Position numbers and translations under genes: made by a program. Positions 47,955 to 57,609 of a DNA stretch of 64,000 nt are shown here, in pieces (position 1 is the first letter of the stretch; each line of letters starts with the position of its first letter). The stretch comes from Gammaproteobacteria bacterium. GTDB taxonomy: Bacteria > Pseudomonadota > Gammaproteobacteria > UBA1113. The notes under the pieces were generated by a model, which was not told where the DNA came from, did not search any database, and worked only from the letters and a program-made list of their open reading frames with translations. The stretch is taken from NCBI GenBank assembly GCA_020051155.1, contig JAGVJK010000002.1, positions 2,411 through 66,410 on the forward strand, in the 5' to 3' direction.

Positions 47955-48563
47955 ATGAAGCGATATTTTCAGCAAGGTATTAGCCTGTTAGAGCTTTTGT
48001 TAGTCCTTGTTATTGTGGCAGTTTTAGTGGTTTTGGCGGCAAAACGCTACAAGTCCTATCAGGAAGATTCGAATATAGCGATTATGCGTGAAACGATTAC
48101 TACACTCGTGACTGGTTTTAATCAATATTATTTTGCACATTGCAGCTTACAGGATTGGCCAAAGCCGATTACCTTAGCCGCCTTAAACTTACCGCAAACA
48201 GCGCAGGTTTCTAATCCCTTTGGCTCAATGAGCTATGTTTTCGGTATTCGTGATAGCAGTATGCCGAATAAGGGTAATCCAACTTATTATTTGCGCCAGT
48301 TATATATTCAGATTCCCCTCGACCCTAAATACAATTCAGAAACCATGTATTTTCAAAATGCTCTACGTGCCACTAGCGTTTTGGAGAAGGGCGGCTCTCG
48401 CCTGTTGGAGTGGGCGTTTCCTCCAGTAAACCCTAACCAATTGTCACAAGATCCCACCGATCCGAATTGGTTGATGCAGATTAGTTCACGAGAATATCTA
48501 TTGAAAGTGGATCCAGCCAATCCCTGTTGGTTTCCGCCCACCACGAATCCGCCGTTACAATAG
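47955..48563 (+). CDS. Prepilin-type N-terminal cleavage/methylation domain protein (type IV pilin or pseudopilin-like)
   Basis: From the ATG at 47955 the protein reads MKRYFQQG|ISLLELLLVLVIVAVLVVLAA, which is the class III signal pattern. Confidence 0.6.
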   Translation: MKRYFQQGISLLELLLVLVIVAVLVVLAAKRYKSYQEDSNIAIMRETITTLVTGFNQYYFAHCSLQDWPKPITLAALNLPQTAQVSNPFGSMSYVFGIRDSSMPNKGNPTYYLRQLYIQIPLDPKYNSETMYFQNALRATSVLEKGGSRLLEWAFPPVNPNQLSQDPTDPNWLMQISSREYLLKVDPANPCWFPPTTNPPLQ

Positions 48564-48646
48564 GCGTTATAATAGGTAGTTATGCTTCTTGTGAAGTTGG
48601 CTCGAATGCTAGATAATAGCCAACAGTTTATTTAACGAGCAGTAGC

Positions 48647-49763
48647 ATGATTGAAATTAATCCTTTAATTCAAAAAATAAAAGAGATGCAGCAACGTACC
48701 TTATCCATCAGGGGGTACCTTTGACCTTGATACTAAAAAGGAGCGGCTGCAGGAAGTCGAAGGAGAGTTAGAAGATCCCAAAATCTGGGATAATCCAGAA
48801 AAAGCTCAATCCTTAGGAAAAGAACGGACACAGCTACAAGCGGTAGTTTTAACCATTGAGCCACTGATGCAATCCTTAGCTGATGCAGAAGTGTTATTAG
48901 AACTTGCAGCAGCAGAGCAAGATAGTGAGACTATAGAAAGTATTCTACAGGATTTAGAATCCTCAGAACGCCAATTGGCAGATCTCGAATTTAAACGAAT
49001 GTTTTCCGGGCCGATGGATGCTAATAATGCCTATTTAGAAGTACAAGCCGGTTCTGGTGGCACAGAGGCTCAAGACTGGGCGGAAATGTTATTGCGAATG
49101 TATCTGCGTTGGGCGGAGCATCATGGTTTTGAACGAGAGTTATTAGAGGTGTCTGGTGGTGATGTAGCGGGTATTCGCGGTGCTACGATGAAGATCACCG
49201 GGCCTTATGCTTATGGGTGGTTGCGAACAGAATCTGGCGTGCATCGCTTGGTGCGGAAATCGCCTTTTGATTCTGGTAATCGACGGCATACATCTTTCGC
49301 CGCGATTTTTGTTTCGCCCGAGGTGGATGATAGTATTGAAATTGACATTAATCCGGCGGAATTGCGGGTTGACACTTATCGCGCAAGCGGTGCGGGTGGG
49401 CAGCATGTGAATCGAACGGATTCAGCCGTTAGGCTGACCCACTTACCCACGGGTGTGGTGGTGCAATGTCAAAATGAACGCTCGCAACATAAAAATCGCG
49501 CGCAAGCAATGAAACAATTGCGCGCAAAATTATATGAATTAGAACTCAGTAAACGCAACGAAGCTAAACAAGCGGTAGAAGACACTAAAACCGAGATTGG
49601 TTGGGGCAGTCAAATTCGCTCGTATGTGTTAGATGCCTCGCGGATTAAAGATTTGCGTACGGGGGTGGAAACCGGCAATACACAAGCGGTATTGGATGGT
49701 GATTTGGATCTGTTTATTGAGGCAAGTTTAAAAAGTGGTATTGATAAAAGAGAAGGGGCTTAA
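48647..49763 (+). CDS. prfB: Peptide chain release factor 2, with a programmed +1 frameshift
   Basis: Frame 0 runs from the ATG at 48647 through 25 codons to CTT TGA (48719-48724). Frame +1 from 48723 ([13 protein letters not shown]...) joins ORF 48867..49763. SPF and [13 protein letters not shown] motifs are present. Confidence 0.92.
48710..48725 (+). promoter_or_regulatory. prfB autoregulatory recoding site
   Basis: AGGGGG (internal SD-like sequence), then TAC, then CTT TGA C. This is the same as the canonical E. coli prfB shift site. Confidence 0.9.
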
Positions 49764-49767
49764 GCCA

Positions 49768-51270
49768 ATGAATGATGATATAGCGGTAATCGTAGATGAA
49801 AATGAATTAATTGCGCAACGCAAAGCAAAATTAGCTAACTTGCGCCAACAAGGGCAGGCTTATCCCAATGATTTTAAGCGAACCGCTTTTGCCAGTGATT
49901 TAGTCGAGAAGTACGAGCATTTGTCAAAAGAGCAATTGCAAGAAAACCCAGTACATTACACCTTGGCTGGCCGTATGATGACACGTCGTACCATGGGGAA
50001 AGCGGCCTTTGTGAATTTGAAAGATATGACGGGTCAATTCCAAGTGTACTTGCGACAAAGTGATTTGCCAGCTGAGGATTATGAAACTTTTAAGCAATGG
50101 GATATCGGCGATATTCTAGGTGTGACCGGCTACGTTTTCAAAACTAATACGGGCGAGTTATCCTTGCATGCGACACAGATTTCTCTTTTGAGTAAATCCT
50201 TAAGACCATTGCCAGACAAGTTTCATGGTTTAGCGGATCAAGAGTTACGTTACCGTCAACGCTATTTAGATTTAATGATGAACGAGCAAACACAAAAAAC
50301 CTTTATTATTCGCTCGAAAATCATCGAGGGGATTCGCGAGTTTTTAACCCACCAACGCTTTGTTGAAGTGGAAACTCCGATGATGCATGTGATTCCTGGT
50401 GGTGCCGCAGCGAGACCCTTTGTAACAAAACACAATGCTTTAGATATGGAGTTATATTTACGAATTGCGCCAGAGTTATATTTAAAACGATTAGTGGTGG
50501 GCGGCATTGAGCGTGTGTTTGAAATCAATCGTAACTTTCGTAATGAGGGGGTGTCGACTCGACATAACCCAGAGTTTACCATGATTGAGTTTTATCAAGC
50601 CTACGCAGTGTATACGGATTTGATGGACTTAACAGAAGAGTTATTAAAAACGCTTGCGCTTAATGTATTGGGAACAACGCAGATTGAATATCAACAGTAT
50701 GCCTTTGACTTTGCAAAACCCTTTGCTAGGTTATCGATGCGCGAAGCTATTTTGCAATTTAATCCCACTATCACCGCTGCGAGTTTAGAAGACCGAGAGT
50801 CAGCAAAACATATTGCAGAAGGTCTTGGTTTGACGGTAAAACCTTCCTACGGACTTGGAAAAATTCAAACAGAAATTTTTGAAAAGACCGTAGAGAAAAA
50901 TTTAATTCAACCTACTTTTATTACAGAGTATCCCGCAGAAGTTTCACCTTTAGCGCGTTGTAATGATGAAAATCCATTTATTACGGATCGCTTTGAGTTT
51001 TTTGTAGCGGGTCGTGAAATTGCCAATGGTTTTTCAGAATTAAATGATCCGGAAGATCAAGCGGAACGGTTTCGACAACAAGTTAAGGAAAAAGATGCAG
51101 GCGATTTAGAAGCCATGCATTATGACGCTGATTATGTGCAAGCCTTAGAATATGGCATGCCACCAACGGCAGGCGAGGGTATTGGTATCGATCGCTTGGT
51201 GATGCTTTTCACAAATTCACCTTCAATTCGTGATGTGATTTTATTTCCTCACATGCGACATAAAGAGTAA
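49768..51270 (+). CDS. lysS: Lysine--tRNA ligase (class II)
   Basis: The ATG at 49768 lies 4 nt after the prfB stop. [17 protein letters not shown] and [12 protein letters not shown] are class II motifs 1-3. Confidence 0.92.
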   Translation: MNDDIAVIVDENELIAQRKAKLANLRQQGQAYPNDFKRTAFASDLVEKYEHLSKEQLQENPVHYTLAGRMMTRRTMGKAAFVNLKDMTGQFQVYLRQSDLPAEDYETFKQWDIGDILGVTGYVFKTNTGELSLHATQISLLSKSLRPLPDKFHGLADQELRYRQRYLDLMMNEQTQKTFIIRSKIIEGIREFLTHQRFVEVETPMMHVIPGGAAARPFVTKHNALDMELYLRIAPELYLKRLVVGGIERVFEINRNFRNEGVSTRHNPEFTMIEFYQAYAVYTDLMDLTEELLKTLALNVLGTTQIEYQQYAFDFAKPFARLSMREAILQFNPTITAASLEDRESAKHIAEGLGLTVKPSYGLGKIQTEIFEKTVEKNLIQPTFITEYPAEVSPLARCNDENPFITDRFEFFVAGREIANGFSELNDPEDQAERFRQQVKEKDAGDLEAMHYDADYVQALEYGMPPTAGEGIGIDRLVMLFTNSPSIRDVILFPHMRHKE

Positions 51271-51281
51271 GGTTTTCGCTA

Positions 51282-52202
51282 TTAGGTAATGATCTTTATG
51301 TCTTCTAATGAGGATTGATGAAGGAAAATTGGGGCGTCAAGCGCTTTATCTTGTAGAAGCGCTAACACCGCGTAAGTATCTTCATCAAGGCGAGCAGACA
51401 TGACCAGCTGACCGCAAGGTCGTTCTTCTTGTTGCAGTGATTCGCCAGGGATCGGCGTTATTGGCGATGTAACGGTGGCTTGGTATAAATGAGATTTTAA
51501 TTGCCCACGATACTGCATGCGGGCAATAATTTCCTGCCCCGTGTAGCATCCCTTATTAAAGCTCACGGCATGCCGCTCAGGTAAGGCGAGTTCGTGAGGG
51601 GTAAACATACCAATGGTATTTGCATAGAGTCGAGCTATGCCATTCTGGATAGCGACGACGTCCCATGCGACGTGATTTGCAACAGTAAGCTGTGATTGCC
51701 AAGCAGCATAAAGGTTTTTACCGTTCGCCGAGGAAGTGATGAGTTGATAAGAGGGGACAACGCCTGGCACATAAAGCAGTGTCATGTCCTTTAATTGGAA
51801 GCACGATTGATTTTCAGATAAAATGACGCCGAGGTTTTGTTCTAGAAAAGCCGTGATACCTGTTCCCCATAGATGAAGCGTCATGAGCTGAGGCTGTGGT
51901 AACAAGGTTACGCGAGAAAATTTTGCATAATTGCTAAGAGTAGGAATCGCTGTATCAGCGATATCCATGGGGACTTTTAAATAAATGTCATCCCCCTGTT
52001 GCCAAAGGGTATACAAAGCGATGACACGACCTTTAATATTGCAATGAGCTGCATACAGCCAAGACTGATTGGACAATTGTGTGAGATCATTTGTGAGTTG
52101 ACCTTGCAAAAAGGTTAGAGCTTTTTCGCCGTCAACACGATAATATTCATAGGCAGGTTCATCGCTCATGTAAGCAGAGGATGGTGAGAGAGTTTGTTGC
52201 AT
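51282..52202 (-). CDS. ygfZ: Folate-binding Fe-S cluster repair / tRNA-modification protein YgfZ
   Basis: The KGCYTGQEIIARMQYRG signature. The ATG at 52200-52202 is preceded by GGAG. Confidence 0.85.
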   Translation of the reverse strand: MQQTLSPSSAYMSDEPAYEYYRVDGEKALTFLQGQLTNDLTQLSNQSWLYAAHCNIKGRVIALYTLWQQGDDIYLKVPMDIADTAIPTLSNYAKFSRVTLLPQPQLMTLHLWGTGITAFLEQNLGVILSENQSCFQLKDMTLLYVPGVVPSYQLITSSANGKNLYAAWQSQLTVANHVAWDVVAIQNGIARLYANTIGMFTPHELALPERHAVSFNKGCYTGQEIIARMQYRGQLKSHLYQATVTSPITPIPGESLQQEERPCGQLVMSARLDEDTYAVLALLQDKALDAPIFLHQSSLEDIKIIT

Positions 52203-52272
52203 GACAGGCTCCAAAGGTTATAGGGTATGTTATATCAAATTATCTTGTACGAGTACAATGTGAGAGAACACA

Positions 52273-52539
52273 ATGACAAACAAACATAATCGATTATACT
52301 GGAGTTGCCGTCGCGGCATGTTGGAATTAGATTTGATGTTAATTCCATTTTTAACCGATCGCTATGCAACATTGACACCGGAACAGCAACAACAATTTTC
52401 TGCATTACTAGAGTCAACCGATATGGAGTTATTTGCCTGGTTAACCGGTAAAGGCTTGCCAGAGGATCCGGATTTAGCGCAACTTGTCACAGGAATTCGT
52501 GCTTATGCCCAAGATCCAAATCGTAATCGGCAAATCTAA
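52273..52539 (+). CDS. sdhE: FAD assembly factor SdhE (YgfY/CptB)
   Basis: RLYWSCRRGMLELDLMLIPF...DMELFAWL contains the RGxxE motif. It is divergent from ygfZ, as in enterobacteria. Confidence 0.85.
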   Translation: MTNKHNRLYWSCRRGMLELDLMLIPFLTDRYATLTPEQQQQFSALLESTDMELFAWLTGKGLPEDPDLAQLVTGIRAYAQDPNRNRQI

Positions 52540-52936
52540 AGCATTACAGATTTATTTTATTCTTATTTTTGGGATGACACTGTTTTTGGCAAGTTGGCTT
52601 TGTCTGCAAACTAAGTGGCAGATTCTTTTTATTTTCCCCCTTTGTTTAATGCTGAGTGTTTATGTTAAACAACAAATAGCCTTGCAGGCGTCTCGTACGC
52701 ATGCGCGAGCGATTGTCAGGTTACGCTATTTTCAAGATACTCAGAACTGGCAATTGCAGGAGCGGTCAGGCAAGTTTTACGAAGCAGTGTTTTATCGTCC
52801 GCCCATGTTAACTAAAAATTTTATCATGCTTTACTTTAAGAAAGAGAATCAAGGAAAACAATCAGTGCTAATTTGGCAAGATGCATTATCAGCAGAGGCT
52901 TATCGTGCAGGGCGATTTTTTTTGAAAAACTTATAA
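52505..52936 (+). CDS. YgfX/CptA-like inner-membrane protein
   Basis: It sits directly after and overlapping sdhE. It has two N-terminal TM helices and a soluble C-terminus, like YgfX. The start is uncertain (52484 or 52505). Confidence 0.5.
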   Translation: MPKIQIVIGKSKALQIYFILIFGMTLFLASWLCLQTKWQILFIFPLCLMLSVYVKQQIALQASRTHARAIVRLRYFQDTQNWQLQERSGKFYEAVFYRPPMLTKNFIMLYFKKENQGKQSVLIWQDALSAEAYRAGRFFLKNL

Positions 52937-53299
52937 AATAAAACCAGCAACTACGCGTCTATTTTCAGCACAGAGCACATTAAAGGTGCGACATGCAGAG
53001 GCATTATTCATCACTTCATAACCGATTTTTCTCGCCATAATGCTTTTTAATTGGAATCCTTCAGGGAATTGTACGGTGTCGCCAGTGCCGATAATAATAA
53101 CTTCTGGCTCCAGTGTTAATAGAGATTCTAGTGTTGTGTCATTTAACTCACTGACGTGATGCACTGGCCATGGTTGAATGAGTGTTTGTGAGCTTAAAAT
53201 AAAACTGGTTTCATAAATCGAGTCATTGACTTTGATTCGCCCTGACTCACAACTGCGAATGAGGTAAGCGCTATGCGCTGAGTCTTGAGATAAAAGCAT
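52931..53299 (-). CDS. Mth938-like (DUF498) domain protein
   Basis: PEVIIIGTGDTVQFP...GIGYEVMNNASACRTFNVLCAENRRVVAGFIL. Confidence 0.7.
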   Translation of the reverse strand: MLLSQDSAHSAYLIRSCESGRIKVNDSIYETSFILSSQTLIQPWPVHHVSELNDTTLESLLTLEPEVIIIGTGDTVQFPEGFQLKSIMARKIGYEVMNNASACRTFNVLCAENRRVVAGFIL

Positions 53300-53434
53300 G
53301 ATAGTGGTTCCTTACAGCAATTTCAGTCAGTGTACCACAGCTTTAACGGCATTAATAAATGCGGTGTTACTTTTCTGGTGAGATTGGAATATTGGAAATG
53401 TATTTGCCTTTCAATGATTATTTTTCCTTTCTAA

Positions 53435-53524
53435 GTTGTCATCCTTGCGCAGGCGGGGACCTATTTTTGTATGGGCTCCGGAGTTACTATGGAAATGGGT
53501 CCCCGCCTGCGCGGGGATGACAAC
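53435..53524. repeat. REP-like GC-rich inverted repeat (27-bp arms, 25/27 matched)
   Basis: GTTGTCATCCTTGCGCAGGCGGGGACC (53435-53461) pairs with GGTCCCCGCCTGCGCGGGGATGACAAC (53498-53524), with a 36-bp spacer. It lies just 3' of the minus-strand decarboxylase-like gene. Confidence 0.85.
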
Positions 53525-53544
53525 CTAGGGGAGTAACATAGAGT

Positions 53545-54906
53545 TTAATGCAGAGATTTCTTGGTTTTTTTAGCGGATTCATCAGCGTCACTTTGTTGTT
53601 TAAAATGACTTAGACAACGATGAAGATCACCGATCAGTAAATCAGCTAATTCGTAACTGAAACCCTCGCGAATCACCGCACGTAATACAACAGACTCTGG
53701 TTCTCCAGGAATGGCATAGACAGGAATCGCCCAGCCACAATAATGTAACCGCTCCGCTAAATCGTGGAGAGTGAAATTTAAATTTCTTTTTAAGGTCCAC
53801 GCAAATACAGGCAAGTCACGGCCATCGCTTAATAATTTAAAAGGGCCCATCTGATTAATTTTTTCTGCAATGTACATAGCAATGTGCTGACAAGTTTGCT
53901 GAGTACGTTGATGTTTTTCAATGCCCCACTGCAAGAAATCATAATATTGAGCAATGATCGATGCTTTCGGTTTAGAAAAACGGGAAGAGAAACTATAAGC
54001 ATCTTCCTGTAAGTCATCAGCATGACGCCACACAATCCAACCAATGCCAGGATGAATCGTGTTACTGGATTGATGTCCTGCGGCGTGAATTGACGTCACG
54101 CAAGATAAGCGAAAGTCCCAGGTTAATTGCGGTTGTAGGAAAGGCGTGATTAATCCGCCATTGGTTGCATCCACATGTAAGGGAATGTTCCATTCCTTTC
54201 TTTGATTTAACGTGCTAAGAGCGTGGTCTAAGGCTTGTATCGGTTCATATTCACCAGTTAAGGAGCCTCCAAGAACGGCAACAATACCAATGGTATTTTC
54301 ATCACACAATTGAATCGCTTTATTGGGATCCATCACATAGTGGTGGCTTGCCATCGGCGCTTCTCGCATTTCTATGTGCCAGCATTGGCAGAACTTTTCC
54401 CATCCAGCTTGCGCATTTGAGCTTAAAACAAGATTAGGCTTGCTGGAATCTGCGGTGTGCATTTTCCACTGTTGTAGCATTGACAGCCCAGCTAGCATGC
54501 AGGCTTCACTGGCATCGGTGGTGGCGCAGCCAACGGCTTTATCGGAAAAAGGATTATTCCACAATTTAGCAAGCAACTGGACGCAAGGTGTTTCTAAGTC
54601 TTGCAATTTTTTCATACGTTGTAATGGTGCGCTGTGGTCAATGAATTCTACAATATGTTGTTTTGATTCGGCATCCAGGGCCGTTGTGATAAAAGTTGCT
54701 AAATTTAAGGCTTCGTTGCCATGGCAATAGGTCTCACTCTGCAATAGATCATAAGCAGTGCGAGGTGAGGGTGTTAGATTTTCTGGCGTGTTATTCACAA
54801 CCGGCGCAGGAGATGGGGAACCATAAACAGAGGTTGGCATAGTATCATATTGATTATTTGGTTTTTTTCGCAATGGCATGGTCCAGCTCCTTGTTTTTAT
54901 ACTCAC
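53545..54906 (-). CDS. Glutamate-decarboxylase-like (group II PLP decarboxylase fold) protein lacking the PLP lysine
   Basis: Collinear with GadB: NLATF, SEACMLAG, CDENTIGIV, HVDATNGG and DFRL...SI.A.GH are all present. However, GadB SGHKFG reads AGHQSS here (Gln279, codon CAA at 54070-54072). Confidence 0.8.
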   Translation of the reverse strand: MSIKTRSWTMPLRKKPNNQYDTMPTSVYGSPSPAPVVNNTPENLTPSPRTAYDLLQSETYCHGNEALNLATFITTALDAESKQHIVEFIDHSAPLQRMKKLQDLETPCVQLLAKLWNNPFSDKAVGCATTDASEACMLAGLSMLQQWKMHTADSSKPNLVLSSNAQAGWEKFCQCWHIEMREAPMASHHYVMDPNKAIQLCDENTIGIVAVLGGSLTGEYEPIQALDHALSTLNQRKEWNIPLHVDATNGGLITPFLQPQLTWDFRLSCVTSIHAAGHQSSNTIHPGIGWIVWRHADDLQEDAYSFSSRFSKPKASIIAQYYDFLQWGIEKHQRTQQTCQHIAMYIAEKINQMGPFKLLSDGRDLPVFAWTLKRNLNFTLHDLAERLHYCGWAIPVYAIPGEPESVVLRAVIREGFSYELADLLIGDLHRCLSHFKQQSDADESAKKTKKSLH

Positions 54907-55224
54907 TAAACAACCTCTAAAAAAGCAGCAACCTTGTTAAAAAGTGCCACCAAAATTGGCTACGAATTAAGCGCCTTACTACTTAAGATAGCTGACAGTT
55001 TTTACCTTTCCAGGGTTTTACAAGGGATTTCCGTAAATTTTTTTTCCATGAGCTTTCTGAGAGAAGACAATGATTGATTAATAAATTTTGAAATGCGTTT
55101 ATTTGAAGAAGATAAAAAATACACAATGTTGCTCGAATTTTGAAAAACCTCTTCTATAATCATCCTCCATCATCTCTCAGGTGGTTTTCAATTGATGTTG
55201 CTAACAAGGAACAAAGGATAGATT

Positions 55225-56211
55225 ATGGGTTCTTGGAATAATAGGCAGAGTTTTTTAAGCTCTTTTGGTTTGACTCGCTCTAGTAGCGATAGTGAGTCGG
55301 GGTTAGAGCTGCTATCACCATCGATTAACGATGATAGTAGTTCTTATAGAGGTGGTCTTGTTGATTGGCGCAAAAAAAATCCAAGTGCCAGCGATAGTGA
55401 TAGTGAGAGTGGGGTAGATACTTTGGATCTACTCCGTAATTTTGAAAGGCGTGATTTTGAGGATGATACAGACAGTGATGCTTATCTTGATGCTCAACCT
55501 ACGATATTTGCTGAAGAGTGGGATTTCATCGTTTGGATCAGTGATTTTATTGGAAGTTTGATTCTTTATCTTGTGGAAACTCCTGTAGCAACGCTAGCCC
55601 ATGATCGACATGCGCATGTTGAGAGCTTGCTTAAATTGGCGCAAGAATTGTTGTTGGATCGAGAAACGGCAGCGATTGATCGCGCGCTTCGATTTATAGA
55701 GGCGGCTCGAGTTGGACGTAAACGAAAGGGAAGACTTAGCAATATCATTGCAGAACGAGAACAATATTTTTCTGAAAATCCAGTTGATGTTCAATTAGCG
55801 CGGCAAGGGTATGAACGCTCCACTCTGAGTGATTCTGATATTAGAGAAAAAATTTGCACTGATGCAATTAGAACAGCGATCAATCTTGCTGATATAGAGG
55901 CGCAAAAAAGTTTTTGTGAAAAATTCTCAAATTTCTTTAGAGCTTGGTTTTCTCGCATTTATACAACACTTTCTGTTCGTATGGATGAGACTCACGAGGA
56001 AGTCTATCCCGTTCCTCGCTCTCCTCTTGGAGAGCAACATCAAGAAGAGATACGTAATATTGCATTTTTTGGTGCTGGGTTAAAGCGCCCCATGCATGAA
56101 GCTGGTGATAACAGGGATAGTTTTTTTAGGCGGGTGAGTGTAAGAGAAACTTCAAATGAGCCAAGATCAGAACCAAGTTTAAGTCCTAGTTCTAGAAGGC
56201 GGACTTATTAG
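55225..56211 (+). CDS. Hypothetical 328-aa protein with a repeated SDSESG-x-(E/D)-x-L motif
   Basis: ORF only. SSSDSESGLELL and SDSDSESGVDTLDLL are near the N-terminus, and the C-terminal tail is basic and Ser-rich. Confidence 0.5.
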   Translation: MGSWNNRQSFLSSFGLTRSSSDSESGLELLSPSINDDSSSYRGGLVDWRKKNPSASDSDSESGVDTLDLLRNFERRDFEDDTDSDAYLDAQPTIFAEEWDFIVWISDFIGSLILYLVETPVATLAHDRHAHVESLLKLAQELLLDRETAAIDRALRFIEAARVGRKRKGRLSNIIAEREQYFSENPVDVQLARQGYERSTLSDSDIREKICTDAIRTAINLADIEAQKSFCEKFSNFFRAWFSRIYTTLSVRMDETHEEVYPVPRSPLGEQHQEEIRNIAFFGAGLKRPMHEAGDNRDSFFRRVSVRETSNEPRSEPSLSPSSRRRTY

Positions 56212-56332
56212 GGGCTCATAGCAGAATGCCTCGGTCAATCCAATGTGCGAAATTATCCAGCTTAAGATATACTGTGCTCCAGACATTTATCCTCTGCTGA
56301 GGATTAAAGCGAATAGATGCTAAATCTCAAGT

Positions 56333-56507
56333 GAAAAAATACTAAAGAGTGCCTTCTCCCCTTGAGGGAGAAGGTGCCCAACGGGCGGATGAGGGGTATT
56401 CAAATTCAGGTAAAATACTTTGTCGAAGTGAACTGATTGGGTACCCCTCATCCGGCCTTCGGCCACCTTCTCCCTCAAGGGGAGAAGGTACTCTTTAGTA
56501 TTTTTTC
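56333..56507. repeat. MITE-like palindromic element, copy 2 (175 bp)
   Basis: GAAAAAATACTAAAGAGTG-CCTTCTCCCCTTGAGGGAGAAGGTGCCCAACGGGCGGATGAGGGGT...ACCCCTCATCCGGCCTTCGGCCACCTTCTCCCTCAAGGGGAGAAGG-TACTCTTTAGTATTTTTTC. The outer 19-bp arms match 18/19. Confidence 0.9.
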
Positions 56508-56573
56508 ATTTAGGATTTAGTAACTATAGTTTTCTCCACTCCGCAGAGATCTTCCGTCATAAAAGGTAGCTTA

Positions 56574-57551
56574 ATGATTGAAATAACTCTTGTGATTCCA
56601 GGACTTCGTTTATTGGATTCAAATCAAATAAAACGTGACATGCCGTCATTGCATCGACTTATCTCTCGCGGAACTCGCGTTGACTCGCAGGCAAACGAAC
56701 AACAGCTGTTAGATCATCTCTTACAATGTCCCGTCACAGAATATCAAGCGCCTTTATGTGCCTTATCCCATGGACTTGCTGCAACAGAGGGATGGTGGTT
56801 ACAAGTGGAACCCATAGAGATCCAAGCGGATCAAAACAGTGCCTATGTACTTGGCAATCGACACTTAGCGATAACACAGGCAGAGGCACAAGCCTTAGTA
56901 ACAAGCTTTAATACTTTCTTGCAACAGGATCAGTTGGAGTTAATATTAGGTAATGAAACTCAATGGTATTTACGACTATCAGAACCGCCAGGTATTAAAA
57001 CCCATTCACTCAGTGCAGCCTTAGCGAAAAATCTTTATGATTATTTACCTACCGGAGAACGCCAAGAATATTGGCGGCGCTTATTAACAGAATTGCAAAT
57101 GCTTTTATATCAAATGCCTCTTTATCAACAGCGGCATAGTGTGGGGCAATCACTCATTAATGGCCTCTGGTTTTCTGGCGAGGGCCAATTGCCAAAGGTA
57201 GTGCCCAAATCTTGTTGGAGTACGTTATGTAGCAACGCACCACTGTTACAGGGATATGCAGCTTGGCTAAAGCAACTGGTGATTCCAGCAACCAGTTCTT
57301 TTGAAAATTACGCACATTCATTGTTTCCTGGGTGTCATTTATGGTTGCTCGAGGACTTTATGAGGGCCGAAGTGTATTGCGACGAAGCCGAGAAGAAGCA
57401 CCTATTAAAGCAATTAGAAGATAATTTGTTCACACCCTTATTGACGGCCTTGAAACACAACCAAGTGGCTAAGGTGAATCTTTACTGTGCAACGGATCAA
57501 TGGATTTTAAATAGCTCTCGCTTTAAACCGTGGTGGCGAAGGGTAATGTAG
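56574..57551 (+). CDS. Conserved hypothetical protein (325 aa)
   Basis: ORF upstream of recJ on the same strand. The N-terminal MIEITLVIPGL...LPSLHRLISRG pattern is reminiscent of an uncharacterised gammaproteobacterial family that I cannot name. Confidence 0.5.
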   Translation: MIEITLVIPGLRLLDSNQIKRDMPSLHRLISRGTRVDSQANEQQLLDHLLQCPVTEYQAPLCALSHGLAATEGWWLQVEPIEIQADQNSAYVLGNRHLAITQAEAQALVTSFNTFLQQDQLELILGNETQWYLRLSEPPGIKTHSLSAALAKNLYDYLPTGERQEYWRRLLTELQMLLYQMPLYQQRHSVGQSLINGLWFSGEGQLPKVVPKSCWSTLCSNAPLLQGYAAWLKQLVIPATSSFENYAHSLFPGCHLWLLEDFMRAEVYCDEAEKKHLLKQLEDNLFTPLLTALKHNQVAKVNLYCATDQWILNSSRFKPWWRRVM

Positions 57552-57609
57552 CCCGCTCTCCTAGAGAATGATATGATGCCTCCCAAAATACTTTACTGAC
57601 GGAGAGCAC

